A stretch of DNA of 63,923 nt, filler included, from Octopus bimaculoides (GCF_001194135.2; 9 parts of 9 records of this genome joined end to end with filler, not necessarily neighbours in it); one strand, 5' to 3'; shown: positions 1 to 11,218, counted from the whole stretch's first letter. A program made the numbers and translations. The notes: generated by a model from the letters alone, not told the origin.

Positions 1-569
1 AAAACACGGACGGGTCATTCGAAGTTTCCTTTCCTCAGTCGAGTTCCCGATTATCTTTGCAATTTCGGATGGTTATACTCGAGATTGCTCCAATCTGGCC
101 AGCCACAAAGAAAAACTAGGGTAAGCGCATTAGATTCCTTGGAAGAAAGCAGCGAATGTATACGAAAACAAGGACGGAAAAAAAACAGAGAAATGTTACA
201 CAAATACAAATGCAAATAACAGGACATAACAACAGGTGTGTTTCGACTAAGGACGAATTAAATTAAGCTGGTGTGTGTGGAAGTGAAGCCTTACGGCAGG
301 GATATAAGAGATGACAGGAATGGGGAGGAATAAAGATGTTGCATGGATGGTAGTCGAACCAAGAAAGAAAGGTCAGGCTTGGCCGAACACCGGTCACGTG
401 GAGAGAAAGAAGAGAGGTAGAGACAGAAGGAAAGATGAATGAGGGAGGGACGAGAAAAAAGGGAGAGAGTGAAGTGAAAGAGGAGGGAAGGTGAGAATGA
501 AGAGAAAGCCAGGAAATGTGAGAGAGGGGGGAAGGAAAGAAAGAAGAGTGGAAAGAACGAAGTGTGAAA

Positions 570-682
570 GGGCTGATCTCATTCCTGGTGCAGTCTCCTG
601 TCATGCCAGCTGCTGCCAAACTGTCCAACCCATGCCAACATGGAAGGCAGACGTTAAACAATGATGATAATGATGATGATAT
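570..682 (+). mobile_element. 3' end of a retroposon (LINE/SINE tail) ending in (GAT)n
   Basis: CTGCCAAACTGTCCAACCCATGCCAACATGGAAGGCAGACGTTAAAC followed by an ATG/GAT trinucleotide tail, a typical non-LTR 3' end. Confidence 0.5.
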
Positions 683-830
683 ATCTACGAACTAATGTGT
701 AGAATTTATACTACTAAAAAAAAAATAATAGATTAAACTGATTAGAACTACCGATGCAGTCATTCCTTTCCTTTTTCCCAATATATATATGTATGTATAT
801 ATNNNNNNNNNNNNNNNNNNNNNNNNNNNN

Positions 831-861
<31 letters not shown>

Positions 862-1167
862 ATTGTATACATGTAGACGTTGTACAAAAGATGCACGTCA
901 GCAAGTAGTCAATTTATTTTGTCGACTATACTTACATTTATTCTGATGATGTTGTTTGCTTTTACCTTGGGTTTCACGCCATGTTGTTCTATTAAGATAT
1001 AATTTTCTTTGCCAAGATGGCGTTTGGATCAACTGTTTAATTTTGTGATACAAACCACGTGACTAAGATTCTCTTAACACTTTTGTTACTACATTTCTGT
1101 TAAATTCACTGCCTTTGTTTCAATTACTTTTCAAATTATTGAAGAATGCATTAAAATAACTTTATTA

Positions 1168-1523
1168 TTACATTATTTACATTATTTACATTTGACGGAT
1201 ATTTGTCCTCATCTTGTTTGCTGTGGGCGTAGAGGCTAAGAGCACGGGCTACTAACCCCAAGATTCCGAGTTCGATTCCAGGCAGTGACCTGAATAATAA
1301 TGATAATAATAATAATAATAATAATAATGATAATAATAATAATAATAATAATAATAACATCGAAAACTACCTTAGGAATGAGGACCCAGGTTCGAAATTT
1401 CCCCAAGACACCTGAAGAAGGCTGGAGGGTATATCAGCCGAAACGTTGTGTTAACAACAAACAAGATGAGGACAAATATTCGTCAAATGTAAATAATGTA
1501 AATAATGTAAATAATGTAAATAA
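1168..1523 (+). mobile_element. tRNA-headed SINE-like element with internal (AAT)n, hammerhead motif and (TGTAAATAA)4 tail; inverted copy of its 3' end at its 5' side
   Basis: A-box-like GGGCGTAGAGGC (1225-1236), B-box GAGTTCGATTCC (1268-1279), (AAT)n about 1293-1357, tail 1488-1523; 1168-1220 is the reverse complement of 1458-1510 (52/53). Confidence 0.75.
1407..1452 (+). ncRNA. Minimal type I hammerhead ribozyme motif (dimer type)
   Basis: GACAC-CTGAAGA-A-GGCTG(gagggtatat)CAGCC-GAAA-C-G-T-T/GTGTT: helix I GACAC:GTGTT, intact CUGANGA and GAAA cores, 5-bp helix II, palindromic AACGTT helix III. Confidence 0.65.
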
Positions 1524-1599
1524 TTCTGCATCTCTTAAATATAGAACTTTGTTATTAAATTGATATTTGGAACGTAAATTATCTTTTATCTTTCACTTG

Positions 1600-1750
1600 T
1601 TTCAGTCACTAGACTGCGGCCATGCAGGGGCACCACCTTGAATGCTTTTTAGTCAATTGGCTCAAAACTAGTGATTATCCTTTTTAAGAATGGTACCCTG
1701 GCGGTCTCTTTTGTCAAATCGTTAAGTTACGGGGACGTTAACACACTAAC
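1600..1750 (-). mobile_element. SINE family B 3' part (truncated)
   Basis: TTTCAGTCACTAGACTGCGGCCATGC...AAGTTACGGGGACGTTAACACAC matches the full copy at 26715-27125. Confidence 0.7.
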
Positions 1751-1753
1751 ATT

Positions 1754-2425
1754 CAGATGCTGAACGTTTACTCCATCTCCTGGAAAATGCTGTCGCTAAC
1801 ACAGGACTATATGTGAATGAAAAGAAGACAGAGTTTATCACCCTGAACGCAACAAGGGAAATCAAGCAGAAGCCCTTGAAAAGTGCCAATGAGTCTGCTT
1901 ACCTAGGCGGCGATATCGTGTTCACTGAAAAAGATATCAAATCTCGCGTTGCTAAAGAGCTTAGGCAGTTATAGAGTGTTTTAGAACAATACGTAAGTCA
2001 ACCTCAGCAGATAAATTGAAGAGACAGTTCTTCAGAGCAGTCGTCGAGTCTGTACATGGATCTCCGACTTGGACTCTCACCTAGAGACTCAGGTGCATGC
2101 TGGACGGTGCCTACACCAGAATGTTACGTGCAGTGCTCAACATCTCTTGGAGGGAGCACCCAACAAAACAATGGTTATATGGGAAAGTACCAACTCTCTT
2201 TCATCAACCAACCAAAAGTAGAGACTGAGGTTTGCTGGCCACGGCTGGAGAAGTAAAGAAGAACTAGTGAGTAATGCGTTGCTGTGGACACCAAATCATG
2301 GTACCACAGCGGCTGGAAGACCACGGAAGACGTATATACAATGGCTTACAGAAGATACTGGATGCCAAGTTGAAGACCTAAAAAGCTAATGGAAGATCGG
2401 GAGGGCTGGAGGGAAGTAGTCAGGC
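1754..2425 (+). mobile_element. RTE-clade LINE 3' fragment (end of RT and C-terminal region), frameshifted
   Basis: Translates to AERLLHLLENAVANTGLYVNEKKTEF..., LDGAYTRMLRAVLNISWREHPTKQ, LRFAGHGWRSKEELVSNALLWTPNHG...GRPRKTY...LMEDREGWREVV. Confidence 0.85.
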
Positions 2426-2539
2426 TGACCCAGGTAATCAGCCTGACCCAGGTAATCAGGCTGACCCAGGTAATCAGCCTGACCCAGGTAATCAGCCTGA
2501 CCCAGGTAATCAGGCTGACCCAGGTAATCAGCCTGACCC
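2421..2539 (+). repeat. 18-bp minisatellite CAG(G/C)CTGACCCAGGTAAT, 6 full units plus a partial unit, running into a gap
   Basis: Directly read tandem units starting at 2421, 2439, 2457, 2475, 2493, 2511, 2529. Confidence 0.95.
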
Positions 2540-3597
2540 NNNNNNNNNNNNNNNNNNNNNNNNNNNNNNNNNNNNNNNNNNNNNNNNNNNNNNNNNNNNN
2601 NNNNNNNNNNNNNNNNNNNNNNNNNNNNNNNNNNNNNNNNNNNNNNNNNNNNNNNNNNNNNNNNNNNNNNNNNNNNNNNNNNNNNNNNNNNNNNNNNNNN
2701 NNNNNNNNNNNNNNNNNNNNNNNNNNNNNNNNNNNNNNNNNNNNNNNNNNNNNNNNNNNNNNNNNNNNNNNNNNNNNNNNNNNNNNNNNNNNNNNNNNNN
2801 NNNNNNNNNNNNNNNNNNNNNNNNNNNNNNNNNNNNNNNNNNNNNNNNNNNNNNNNNNNNNNNNNNNNNNNNNNNNNNNNNNNNNNNNNNNNNNNNNNNN
2901 NNNNNNNNNNNNNNNNNNNNNNNNNNNNNNNNNNNNNNNNNNNNNNNNNNNNNNNNNNNNNNNNNNNNNNNNNNNNNNNNNNNNNNNNNNNNNNNNNNNN
3001 NNNNNNNNNNNNNNNNNNNNNNNNNNNNNNNNNNNNNNNNNNNNNNNNNNNNNNNNNNNNNNNNNNNNNNNNNNNNNNNNNNNNNNNNNNNNNNNNNNNN
3101 NNNNNNNNNNNNNNNNNNNNNNNNNNNNNNNNNNNNNNNNNNNNNNNNNNNNNNNNNNNNNNNNNNNNNNNNNNNNNNNNNNNNNNNNNNNNNNNNNNNN
3201 NNNNNNNNNNNNNNNNNNNNNNNNNNNNNNNNNNNNNNNNNNNNNNNNNNNNNNNNNNNNNNNNNNNNNNNNNNNNNNNNNNNNNNNNNNNNNNNNNNNN
3301 NNNNNNNNNNNNNNNNNNNNNNNNNNNNNNNNNNNNNNNNNNNNNNNNNNNNNNNNNNNNNNNNNNNNNNNNNNNNNNNNNNNNNNNNNNNNNNNNNNNN
3401 NNNNNNNNNNNTTTATTTTGATATTTTTCGTGAGTGTTGCCTGGTGGTCTTTGCTTCCCGTGCTGCACAGAAGAATATTTGTGTCCGAGAAGCAGGATGC
3501 ACTCCACTGAAATTGTTAATAAATCAATAAAGAAACATAATACATCAATAGGAGTTAAAATTCCGACATAATTTTACGGTTCCAGTCTTCAATTGCA

Positions 3598-3840
3598 TGG
3601 AGGTGCGTGGCTTAGGGGTTCGGGTGTTGGAATCATGATCGAAGGATTGTGGTTTCGATTCCTGGACCGAGCGACACGTTGTGTTCTTGAGCAAAACACC
3701 TCATTTCACGTTGCACCAATCCACTCAGCTGGCAAAATTGAGTAACCGTGTGACGGACCGAGGTTCCGTTCCGATGGGGAATTTATACCCCATGGAAGCC
3801 AGGAAACCGGCCTTCATGAGCCTGGCATGTTTCGAGAAGG
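3598..3840 (+). mobile_element. SINE family C (tRNA head GCGTGGCTTAG...GGTTTCGATTCC)
   Basis: A/B boxes followed by GTGTTCTTGAGCAAAACAC...CCACTCAGCTGGCAAAA; similar copies at about 19168-19365 (+) and 39735-39998 (-). Confidence 0.8.
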
Positions 3841-5249
3841 AAACAAAAAAAAATCTTTCATTACTCCGTGTATCTTCTGTAAACAGTGAACATATTCAGT
3901 TTGGGTTTTGAAGTTTGCTACTAAAAGGATACGTTTAATAGCTTCGTTTTTCAATTAATTTGTGTCGAAGCAGGCCTTGAAGGTTCTTGACACAGTCAAG
4001 GTGAATTTAGATTCCACATAGTTACTTCCAAACAAAGGAATTTAAACTTGAAGACTACAAAGATATTCATGTATCGAAAGAGTGAAACTTCAAAACAGCT
4101 GCACCAACAATTTGCAGCCGTTCTACAAGAAACCATGAGACAAGTGTGTATGTATAAGAGATTATCTGTACGATAATCTCACACGTAACACACACATACT
4201 TACACACATGCTTTTAGCTAAAGTCACCAGAGAAGACTTAAGGACAAGAAAGTATGGAGAGAATGAAAAGGGTCTTTTTCTCAAGCACGTTGTACTGATA
4301 CATACAAGTATAAAAGTCAAGAAAAAATATGAAGAAACCGTAGTGAATAAAAAGGGCAGTAGAGAGGGAGGAGATGGTAAAAGCTCTTCTCTCTTCTCAC
4401 ATTCGGACCCACGTGCCCATGTGCATTCGTACACACGCCATTCAGCCTGAAGGGAAAGAAAGTAGAGAGAAGGAAAATGAGAAAGAGAAATAGAGATAAG
4501 ACAGCAGCCTTACAAACCCTGTTATTAAGAGGCACTAAATACAGCAATGTGCATCTATAACTGCACATTTACTATGCATGGTCTGTATTTCCCTTCCTTC
4601 GTTCCAACACTCTTAACATATAATTTCTCTGAAATACATTTACTGTCACTTTGCTGGTCTCTACTATCCTCCCACCGCGATCTCTTAAACTCGTTTTTCT
4701 TTTTCCTTTTCCTCTTTGCTCACGTAAGGTGTGTGTGCGTGTTTGTATCTGTGTCTGTGCGTGTGTATGTGTCTGTGTGTCTGTGTCTGTGTGTTTCTGT
4801 GTACGCATGTGTGTATGTGTGTGTGTAAGAACACACACGCCTTGCCAGGCCTCCTTCTCTTTCTTTTCCAAGTCTTTTCTTTCTTTCTCTATTGATTTCA
4901 GTCGTGTATTTATGAATTGAGTGTTTCCAAATTTGAGCGAGAGATAAACAGCTATTTGCAAACCCCACCCCGCATCCTTCTTTCCCTACTTTCTTCGCAC
5001 TGTACTTCTTTCTCTCGTACATTTTCTCTCTGTACTTTTCTCCTGCTGACCTTGGTTAAAAGTCTATGGATTTATGTTCGCAGATTTGCTTCTCTGTACG
5101 AGAAACGATCAGATAATTATAAACGCAGTTTTTCCTATTGTCCGACCACTCCGTCAACGTGGATCTCTGTGAACACTCATGCAACAAAACATGCACGACG
5201 CTGTAAGCACGAAAAACAGGCACAACACGCACGTATTTAATCTTCTATC

Positions 5250-5475
5250 CGTTACTTGTTTCAGGTACTAGACTGCGGCCAGCTGCAGCATCACGTTGAA
5301 GAATTTTTAGCTGATCGAATCGGGCGCCAGTAATTAAGTAATTATTTTTTATAATCTGGTACTTATTCTGTCAGACACTTTTGCAGAACTGCTAAGTTAC
5401 AAGGACGTGAACACACCAACACTGGTTGTCAAGCTGTGGTGGGGACAAACACAAAGAAACACATACACACACATG

Positions 5476-5516
<41 letters not shown>

Positions 5517-5695
5517 GTGCATACGCATACACACGCGCGCACGCATCAGTTTTCGTCTACGAAATCCACTGACAAGGCTTTTGTTGACCCAAGGATATAG
5601 TAGAAGACGTTTGCCCAACGTGCTATATTGTGGGTCTAAACCTGGAACCATGTGGTTTGGGAGGCAAGTTTCTTATCACACTGCCAGGCCTACAT
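5250..5695 (-). mobile_element. SINE family B, near full length, with internal (AT)n(GT)n
   Basis: Colinear with 26715-27125. Confidence 0.8.
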
Positions 5696-5751
5696 GAATA
5701 CGATCAAGCAACACCGAAAGAGAAACCGATCTGATCAATTTAATACGCAGA

Positions 5752-5830
5752 CCAATATGCACAAGCACATATAACAGTCCGCCCCTCCCGCACATTGATA
5801 TATAAAAGGGTGCCCACATGCATAGTCAGT
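5752..5830 (+). promoter_or_regulatory. Candidate Pol II core promoter (CCAAT, GC box, TATA, Inr)
   Basis: CCAAT 5752-5756, CCGCCCCTCCCG 5779-5790, TATAAAAG 5801-5808, TCAGT 5826-5830 in textbook order and near-typical spacing; motif match only. Confidence 0.3.
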
Positions 5831-6119
5831 GACTCTAACATGACCCTTCCATCTAATTACCCTGCTAAATCTTCTCTGAGTTTCAATTATATATATATAT
5901 ACACAAAGAAATTTACGACCACATACTTATTAACATAATAACAGATATATTCTCAACCACACATCCAAATAAATCTCAGACATAAATACTATAAAGCTAC
6001 ATAAAGCTACACACACTGTCCGTAAACCTAATAATATATATTAGCCGAAAGACACCCCTATGCCAAATAACAACACCCCACGTTTGACACACAAGCACCA
6101 AATATACACGCATATGAAC

Positions 6120-6369
6120 GTGGCACTCCGTCGGTTACGAAGACGAGTGTTCCAGTTGATCCGATCAACGGAACAGCTTGCTCGTGAAATTAAGACACGT
6201 GTACCCACCTTAATATACTTCTCGTGGGAGATTCAGCGTGACAAGGCTGGCCCTTTGAAATACAGGTACAACAGAAAAAGTGAGAGAAAGTTGTGGTGAG
6301 TACAGCAGGGTTCGCCACCACCCCAGGCTGGAACCTCGTGGAGCTTTTAGGTGTTTTCGCTCAATAAAT
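6120..6369 (-). mobile_element. SINE family D fragment
   Basis: TGGCACTCCGTCGG...GTTCCAGTTGATCCGATCAACGGAACAGC...GGAGCTTTTAGGTGTTTTCGCTCAATAAA, colinear with 63248-63625. Confidence 0.8.
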
Positions 6370-7316
6370 NNNNNNNNNNNNNNNNNNNNNNNNNNNNNNN
6401 NNNNNNNNNNNNNNNNNNNNNNNNNNNNNNNNNNNNNNNNNNNNNNNNNNNNNNNNNNNNNNNNNNNNNNNNNNNNNNNNNNNNNNNNNNNNNNNNNNNN
6501 NNNNNNNNNNNNNNNNNNNNNNNNNNNNNNNNNNNNNNNNNNNNNNNNNNNNNNNNNNNNNNNNNNNNNNNNNNNNNNNNNNNNNNNNNNNNNNNNNNNN
6601 NNNNNNNNNNNNNNNNNNNNNNNNNNNNNNNNNNNNNNNNNNNNNNNNNNNNNNNNNNNNNNNNNNNNNNNNNNNNNNNNNNNNNNNNNNNNNNNNNNNN
6701 NNNNNNNNNNNNNNNNNNNNNNNNNNNNNNNNNNNNNNNNNNNNNNNNNNNNNNNNNNNNNNNNNNNNNNNNNNNNNNNNNNNNNNNNNNNNNNNNNNNN
6801 NNNNNNNNNNNNNNNNNNNNNNNNNNNNNNNNNNNNNNNNNNNNNNNNNNNNNNNNNNNNNNNNNNNNNNNNNNNNNNNNNNNNNNNNNNNNNNNNNNNN
6901 NNNNNNNNNNNNNNNNNNNNNNNNNNNNNNNNNNNNNNNNNNNNNNNNNNNNNNNNNNNNNNNNNNNNNNNNNNNNNNNNNNNNNNNNNNNNNNNNNNNN
7001 NNNNNNNNNNNNNNNNNNNNNNNNNNNNNNNNNNNNNNNNNNNNNNNNNNNNNNNNNNNNNNNNNNNNNNNNNNNNNNNNNNNNNNNATATATATATATA
7101 TAACCACACTAGGTATATATAAATCGTGCCGGCATTAATAGGTTGCCTGGTATAATTTGAATACATACGAATGCTTATTCAGTACACATATAATATGTTT
7201 ACTCCTGATGAAGTGGTCTGTTAATATAATAGAAGTGCTGACGCGGATTCAGTGCTCCGAAGGACCGTTTGCCCATAGCTTAATACACCCACTCTATCCA
7301 ACATTCACTTGAATTA

Positions 7317-7410
7317 CAGTAATCCCCCGACTATCGTGGGAGTTACGTTCTAAAACCCCACGTGTTGGGTGAAAATCTGCGAAATAGAAATAGTACTGTA
7401 CTGTATATTT
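7317..7410 (+). mobile_element. pogo/Tigger-like DNA transposon left end
   Basis: TA|CAGTAATCCCCCGACTATCGTGGGAGTTACGTTC...GAAAATCTGCGAA. Confidence 0.65.
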
Positions 7411-7449
7411 ATTTTTTATTATATTTATAATTTCTATATATGTATCTCT

Positions 7450-8011
7450 AAATATAAAAGTGAAATGGCCAAAAGTTGTATGTTTGCGTGTCTCATTTAG
7501 TGGTTATGCAGGTTTCAATGGCAGTAGGCGTGCTCGGATTGCGGCGAAAATTTACAGGAACGTGTAAAATGAGGCGACGAAGCGACTGGACTAAGTTAGA
7601 AATCTGCATCTCAAAATCTGTGGTTACTAGGGCAACAAAAACCATTTTCAATCGATTCTGCAAGCTGTGGAGGTCGTGTTTTGTGGGCGATTTTAAATAA
7701 AAAGCACACTTGCATAATCTACTGGCACTTCTGTTTAATAGTTCGTCAATTTTTGTGGAAATTGTTGTTTAAAAGAAAAGATTTTATGAAGTGAAAAAAA
7801 GTTACATTTTTAGTCGTTTTATCGCAGGCAAAAGTGTTAATAAATGGGGTCGGATTAACCTGCAAATTTGCACACCTATGTTAAAAGTGGTGGGGAGTTT
7901 GCATGGCAACTTTGAGTTTGCTCAATTGAAAGGCGTAGTCTCTAGGGCAAAATTCCTCATCTTTAAACTTTGGCCCAAGTAGACCCGAATGAAATTGGGT
8001 TATAATACTAG
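7450..8011 (+). mobile_element. Helitron 3' terminal region
   Basis: Hairpin ACCCGA-atgaaa-TTGGGT (7983-8000) followed by CTAG (8008-8011) then T; left boundary approximate. Confidence 0.55.
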
Positions 8012-9341
8012 TAATATATAAAATAGAGATGTGCATGTATTTACTATTCACGCGAAAAAGGTTTCACCAATTTGCTTCCATACTTGTAATACACGAATAA
8101 TTTGACCTCGGATAAGGTTCTTAATTTGAATTCTTTTATTAAAATATTGCTTTTTAATTAGATTTATGTCTGAAATTTTTAAAACTTTAAACCCCCTGTA
8201 AACCCACCAACGTCCAGAGCCATTGAAAAAACTTTTGTCACCAGCTGACCAAGATTCCGAGCACTTGCAAAACAAAATTAGGCTGTATAATGCTGGCATC
8301 ATTTGGAGCCACAAGAGATATAACAGAGCCAGGATTCATGCAAACTTTCAAGGTCGAAGGTCAGGTTTATCATCGGATTAGCACTCTACTTTCTCTGTCA
8401 AATGAATCACCAAAATTCCTTCAAACATAATTTATGGGTGATTCTCAACAAGGAGGGCAAGAGAGGTGCAAAAACATTTCCGGCATCAGGATGGACATTG
8501 TAGTGTCGCTGCAAAAGATGCTGCATAACAGGAACAACCTGATCAGAAGCTTCAAGACTGCGCTTGAAACAATTCCACCATGGTGACCCGTTAGCCGCAC
8601 AGCTCCCCAACAAGTTACTTGACATTGGAAACTTCCACAAGATCTATGTGGCAATATAACTATTTCCCTTGAAGAACTGAAGAACAAGCTGTTTCCAAAC
8701 ATTGCCACAACTATAAAAGTCGCAAGTGGCTGTGTAAAAGAACAATTCTGGCGCCAAGAAATGATGCTGTAAACAAGCTGAATCTAAATTTGTTGTCTCA
8801 GCTTCCAGGACCTGAATGTTAATACAGATCAATTGACTCTGTTCCTGATCAAGAACAGGCAACTCATTACCCACTGGAGTTCCCCAATTCACTTCATCCA
8901 TCAGGATTTCCACCACACATTCTGATCATGGAAACAGGTGCTCCCATAATGCTATTAGGAAACTTTGATGCACCCAGACTCTGTAATGGAACAAGGTTGG
9001 TTGTTAAAACAGCCATGCCCCAAGTGTTGGAAGCAACAATAATTTCAGGCAGCATGATGGGTGAGAATGTCTTCATTCCAAGGATACCTCTCATTTCAAA
9101 TGATCTCCCCTTTCAGTTCAAGAGACTACAGTTTCCTGTCAAACTTAGCCTTGCAATGTCTATCAACAAAGCACAAGGTCAATCTCTAAAGGTGGTGGGA
9201 CTTAACCTCCTTCAACCTTGCTTCTCACGTGGTCAGCTGTACGTTGGATGTTCTAGAGTTGGAGATGAAAAGAACCTCTACATTCTCAGTGATACACATG
9301 GCAAGACAGAAAACACAGCATATGAAGAAGCACTTACATGA
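8012..9341 (+). mobile_element. Internally deleted Helitron: 5' end, degenerate Rep N-terminal fragment, PIF1-family helicase C-terminal fragment
   Basis: About 8200-8578 encodes PEPLKKLL..DSEHLQNKIRLYN / TFKVEGQVYHRI / LQKMLHNRNNLIRSFKTALE; about 8579-9341 encodes HGDPLAAQ..LLDIGN, ILAPRNDAVNKLN, RLCNGTRLVV, FKRLQFPVKLSLAMSINKAQGQSL, CFSRGQLYVGCSRV; multiple stops and frameshifts. Confidence 0.9.
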
Positions 9342-9464
9342 ATAGTAGGTCCATGTCATATACAGAAGTGTAAAACCATTGAGTGTTAAAGTATTACTCT
9401 TACACTTTCACTTTCCAACTGACATGCATGAATGTGTATCTGTGTGTATAAGAGTGAAACAATA

Positions 9465-9499
<35 letters not shown>

Positions 9500-9503
<4 letters not shown>

Positions 9504-9598
9504 CTACGCACTGTTTATAATCTGTACCACGGGGTAATCGACGTGAGCTTAAATAATAAAGCGCCATAGGTGAACCGCGATATGGCGAGGGATTACTG
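9500..9598 (+). mobile_element. pogo/Tigger-like DNA transposon right end
   Basis: ...GGTGAACCGCGATATGGCGAGGGATTACTG|TA; reverse complement CAGTAATCCCTCGCCATATCGCGG. Confidence 0.65.
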
Positions 9599-9644
9599 TA
9601 TAGTCTTCCGGTTTTTTTCATACATACATATTGTATATATATAT

Positions 9645-9700
9645 ACATACGTACAGACGGACATACGTACAGACGGACATACGTACAGACGGACATACGT
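9645..9700 (+). repeat. 16-bp tandem ACATACGTACAGACGG x3.5
   Basis: Directly read. Confidence 0.9.
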
Positions 9701-9919
9701 ACATACGCATATATACATATGTACACACACACACACACACATATATATAGAGAGAGAGAAACATGCATACATACGTACGCACGTACATACATATATACAT
9801 ACATACATACATATATTCATATGTATGAATGTATAATTAGATATGTCTCTATAGATATAGGTGTCTGTAGAGGTAGAGGTGGAGAGACAATGCAGACAGA
9901 CAAAGAGACAGACATATAG

Positions 9920-9959
9920 ACGGATAGCTAGATAGATATACAGACAGATAGACAGACAT

Positions 9960-10029
<70 letters not shown>

Positions 10030-10030
10030 G

Positions 10031-10097
<67 letters not shown>

Positions 10098-10113
10098 GGA
10101 TGGATAGATAGAT
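9920..10113 (+). repeat. (GATA)n tetranucleotide microsatellite
   Basis: Directly read; similar arrays at about 42690-42730 and 46055-46130. Confidence 0.95.
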
Positions 10114-10619
10114 GGTGTCGCTTCCAATGAAATCGTGTGCCAATTGCAAGATAACTATTGCGTCGTAGAGAAAGTGTCGCTTTATGTTGGCAGTAAACGT
10201 TGCGAGAGAGGTAAGCATTCAGCTAGAAATAGCTACAAGGTAAACTCTTTGTCACGTTAAAACCTAACTTGGAATTCCGTCTTCTATACATTTGGAGTTT
10301 TAGGAAACCAGTTGAGAATAAAAGAGAGGAAACGAGAAATGGTTAACGGAGAAAGAAGCGATGGAATTGAGAAAGAAAGGAAAAATTCTCCGAGAGAAAC
10401 TGTTAATTATACATAATAGACAACCGTCTTAAGACTTATAGTTTTTTAGTTTTTTATTTCTTTGTTAGATTTTGTTTGATTTTTGTCTGTTTTATGTATT
10501 TATTTATTTATTTATTTATTTAATATTATATCACCTTCCGGAAATGAAGTAAGCCATATTCGTGACTTTTAATAACAATATGCTCTATACAGAAAGATAT
10601 GTTATTGAAGTACGTATGT

Positions 10620-10659
10620 ATAAATGTGTGTGTGTATGTGTGCATGCATGTGTGTGTGT

Positions 10660-10709
<50 letters not shown>

Positions 10710-10815
10710 ATACATACATATATACATTCCATACAGAAAGATTTGTTATTGAAGTATGTATGTATAAATAAGCGTATACGTGTGTTGTGTGAAGATATAT
10801 ATACATTTAATTCAA

Positions 10816-10899
<84 letters not shown>

Positions 10900-10993
10900 T
10901 ATATATAAATATATATTTATATATATACACATATTTATATATACCCACACACATGTACATATATATGCTTACATATAAATATATATGTATGTG

Positions 10994-11025
<32 letters not shown>

Positions 11026-11040
11026 CACGTATGTATATAT

Positions 11041-11106
<66 letters not shown>

Positions 11107-11218
11107 GATTGTACACACATATGTATGTATATGTGTCTGTATGTGTGTATATATATACATATATATATACGTATGTGTGTGTGTATGTACGAATGATGTG
11201 TATGTATGTATTTATGTA

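Noticed and set aside
10-50. Minus-strand CTGAGGA-AAG-GAAAC-TTCGAA as a hammerhead
   Set aside because: No helix II and no GUH after the palindrome; the element is also cut by the window edge
2421-2539. Regular 18-bp repeat as a possible CRISPR array or repeat protein (GQADYL)n
   Set aside because: Units are contiguous with no spacers, the context is eukaryotic, and it is the tail of an RTE fragment
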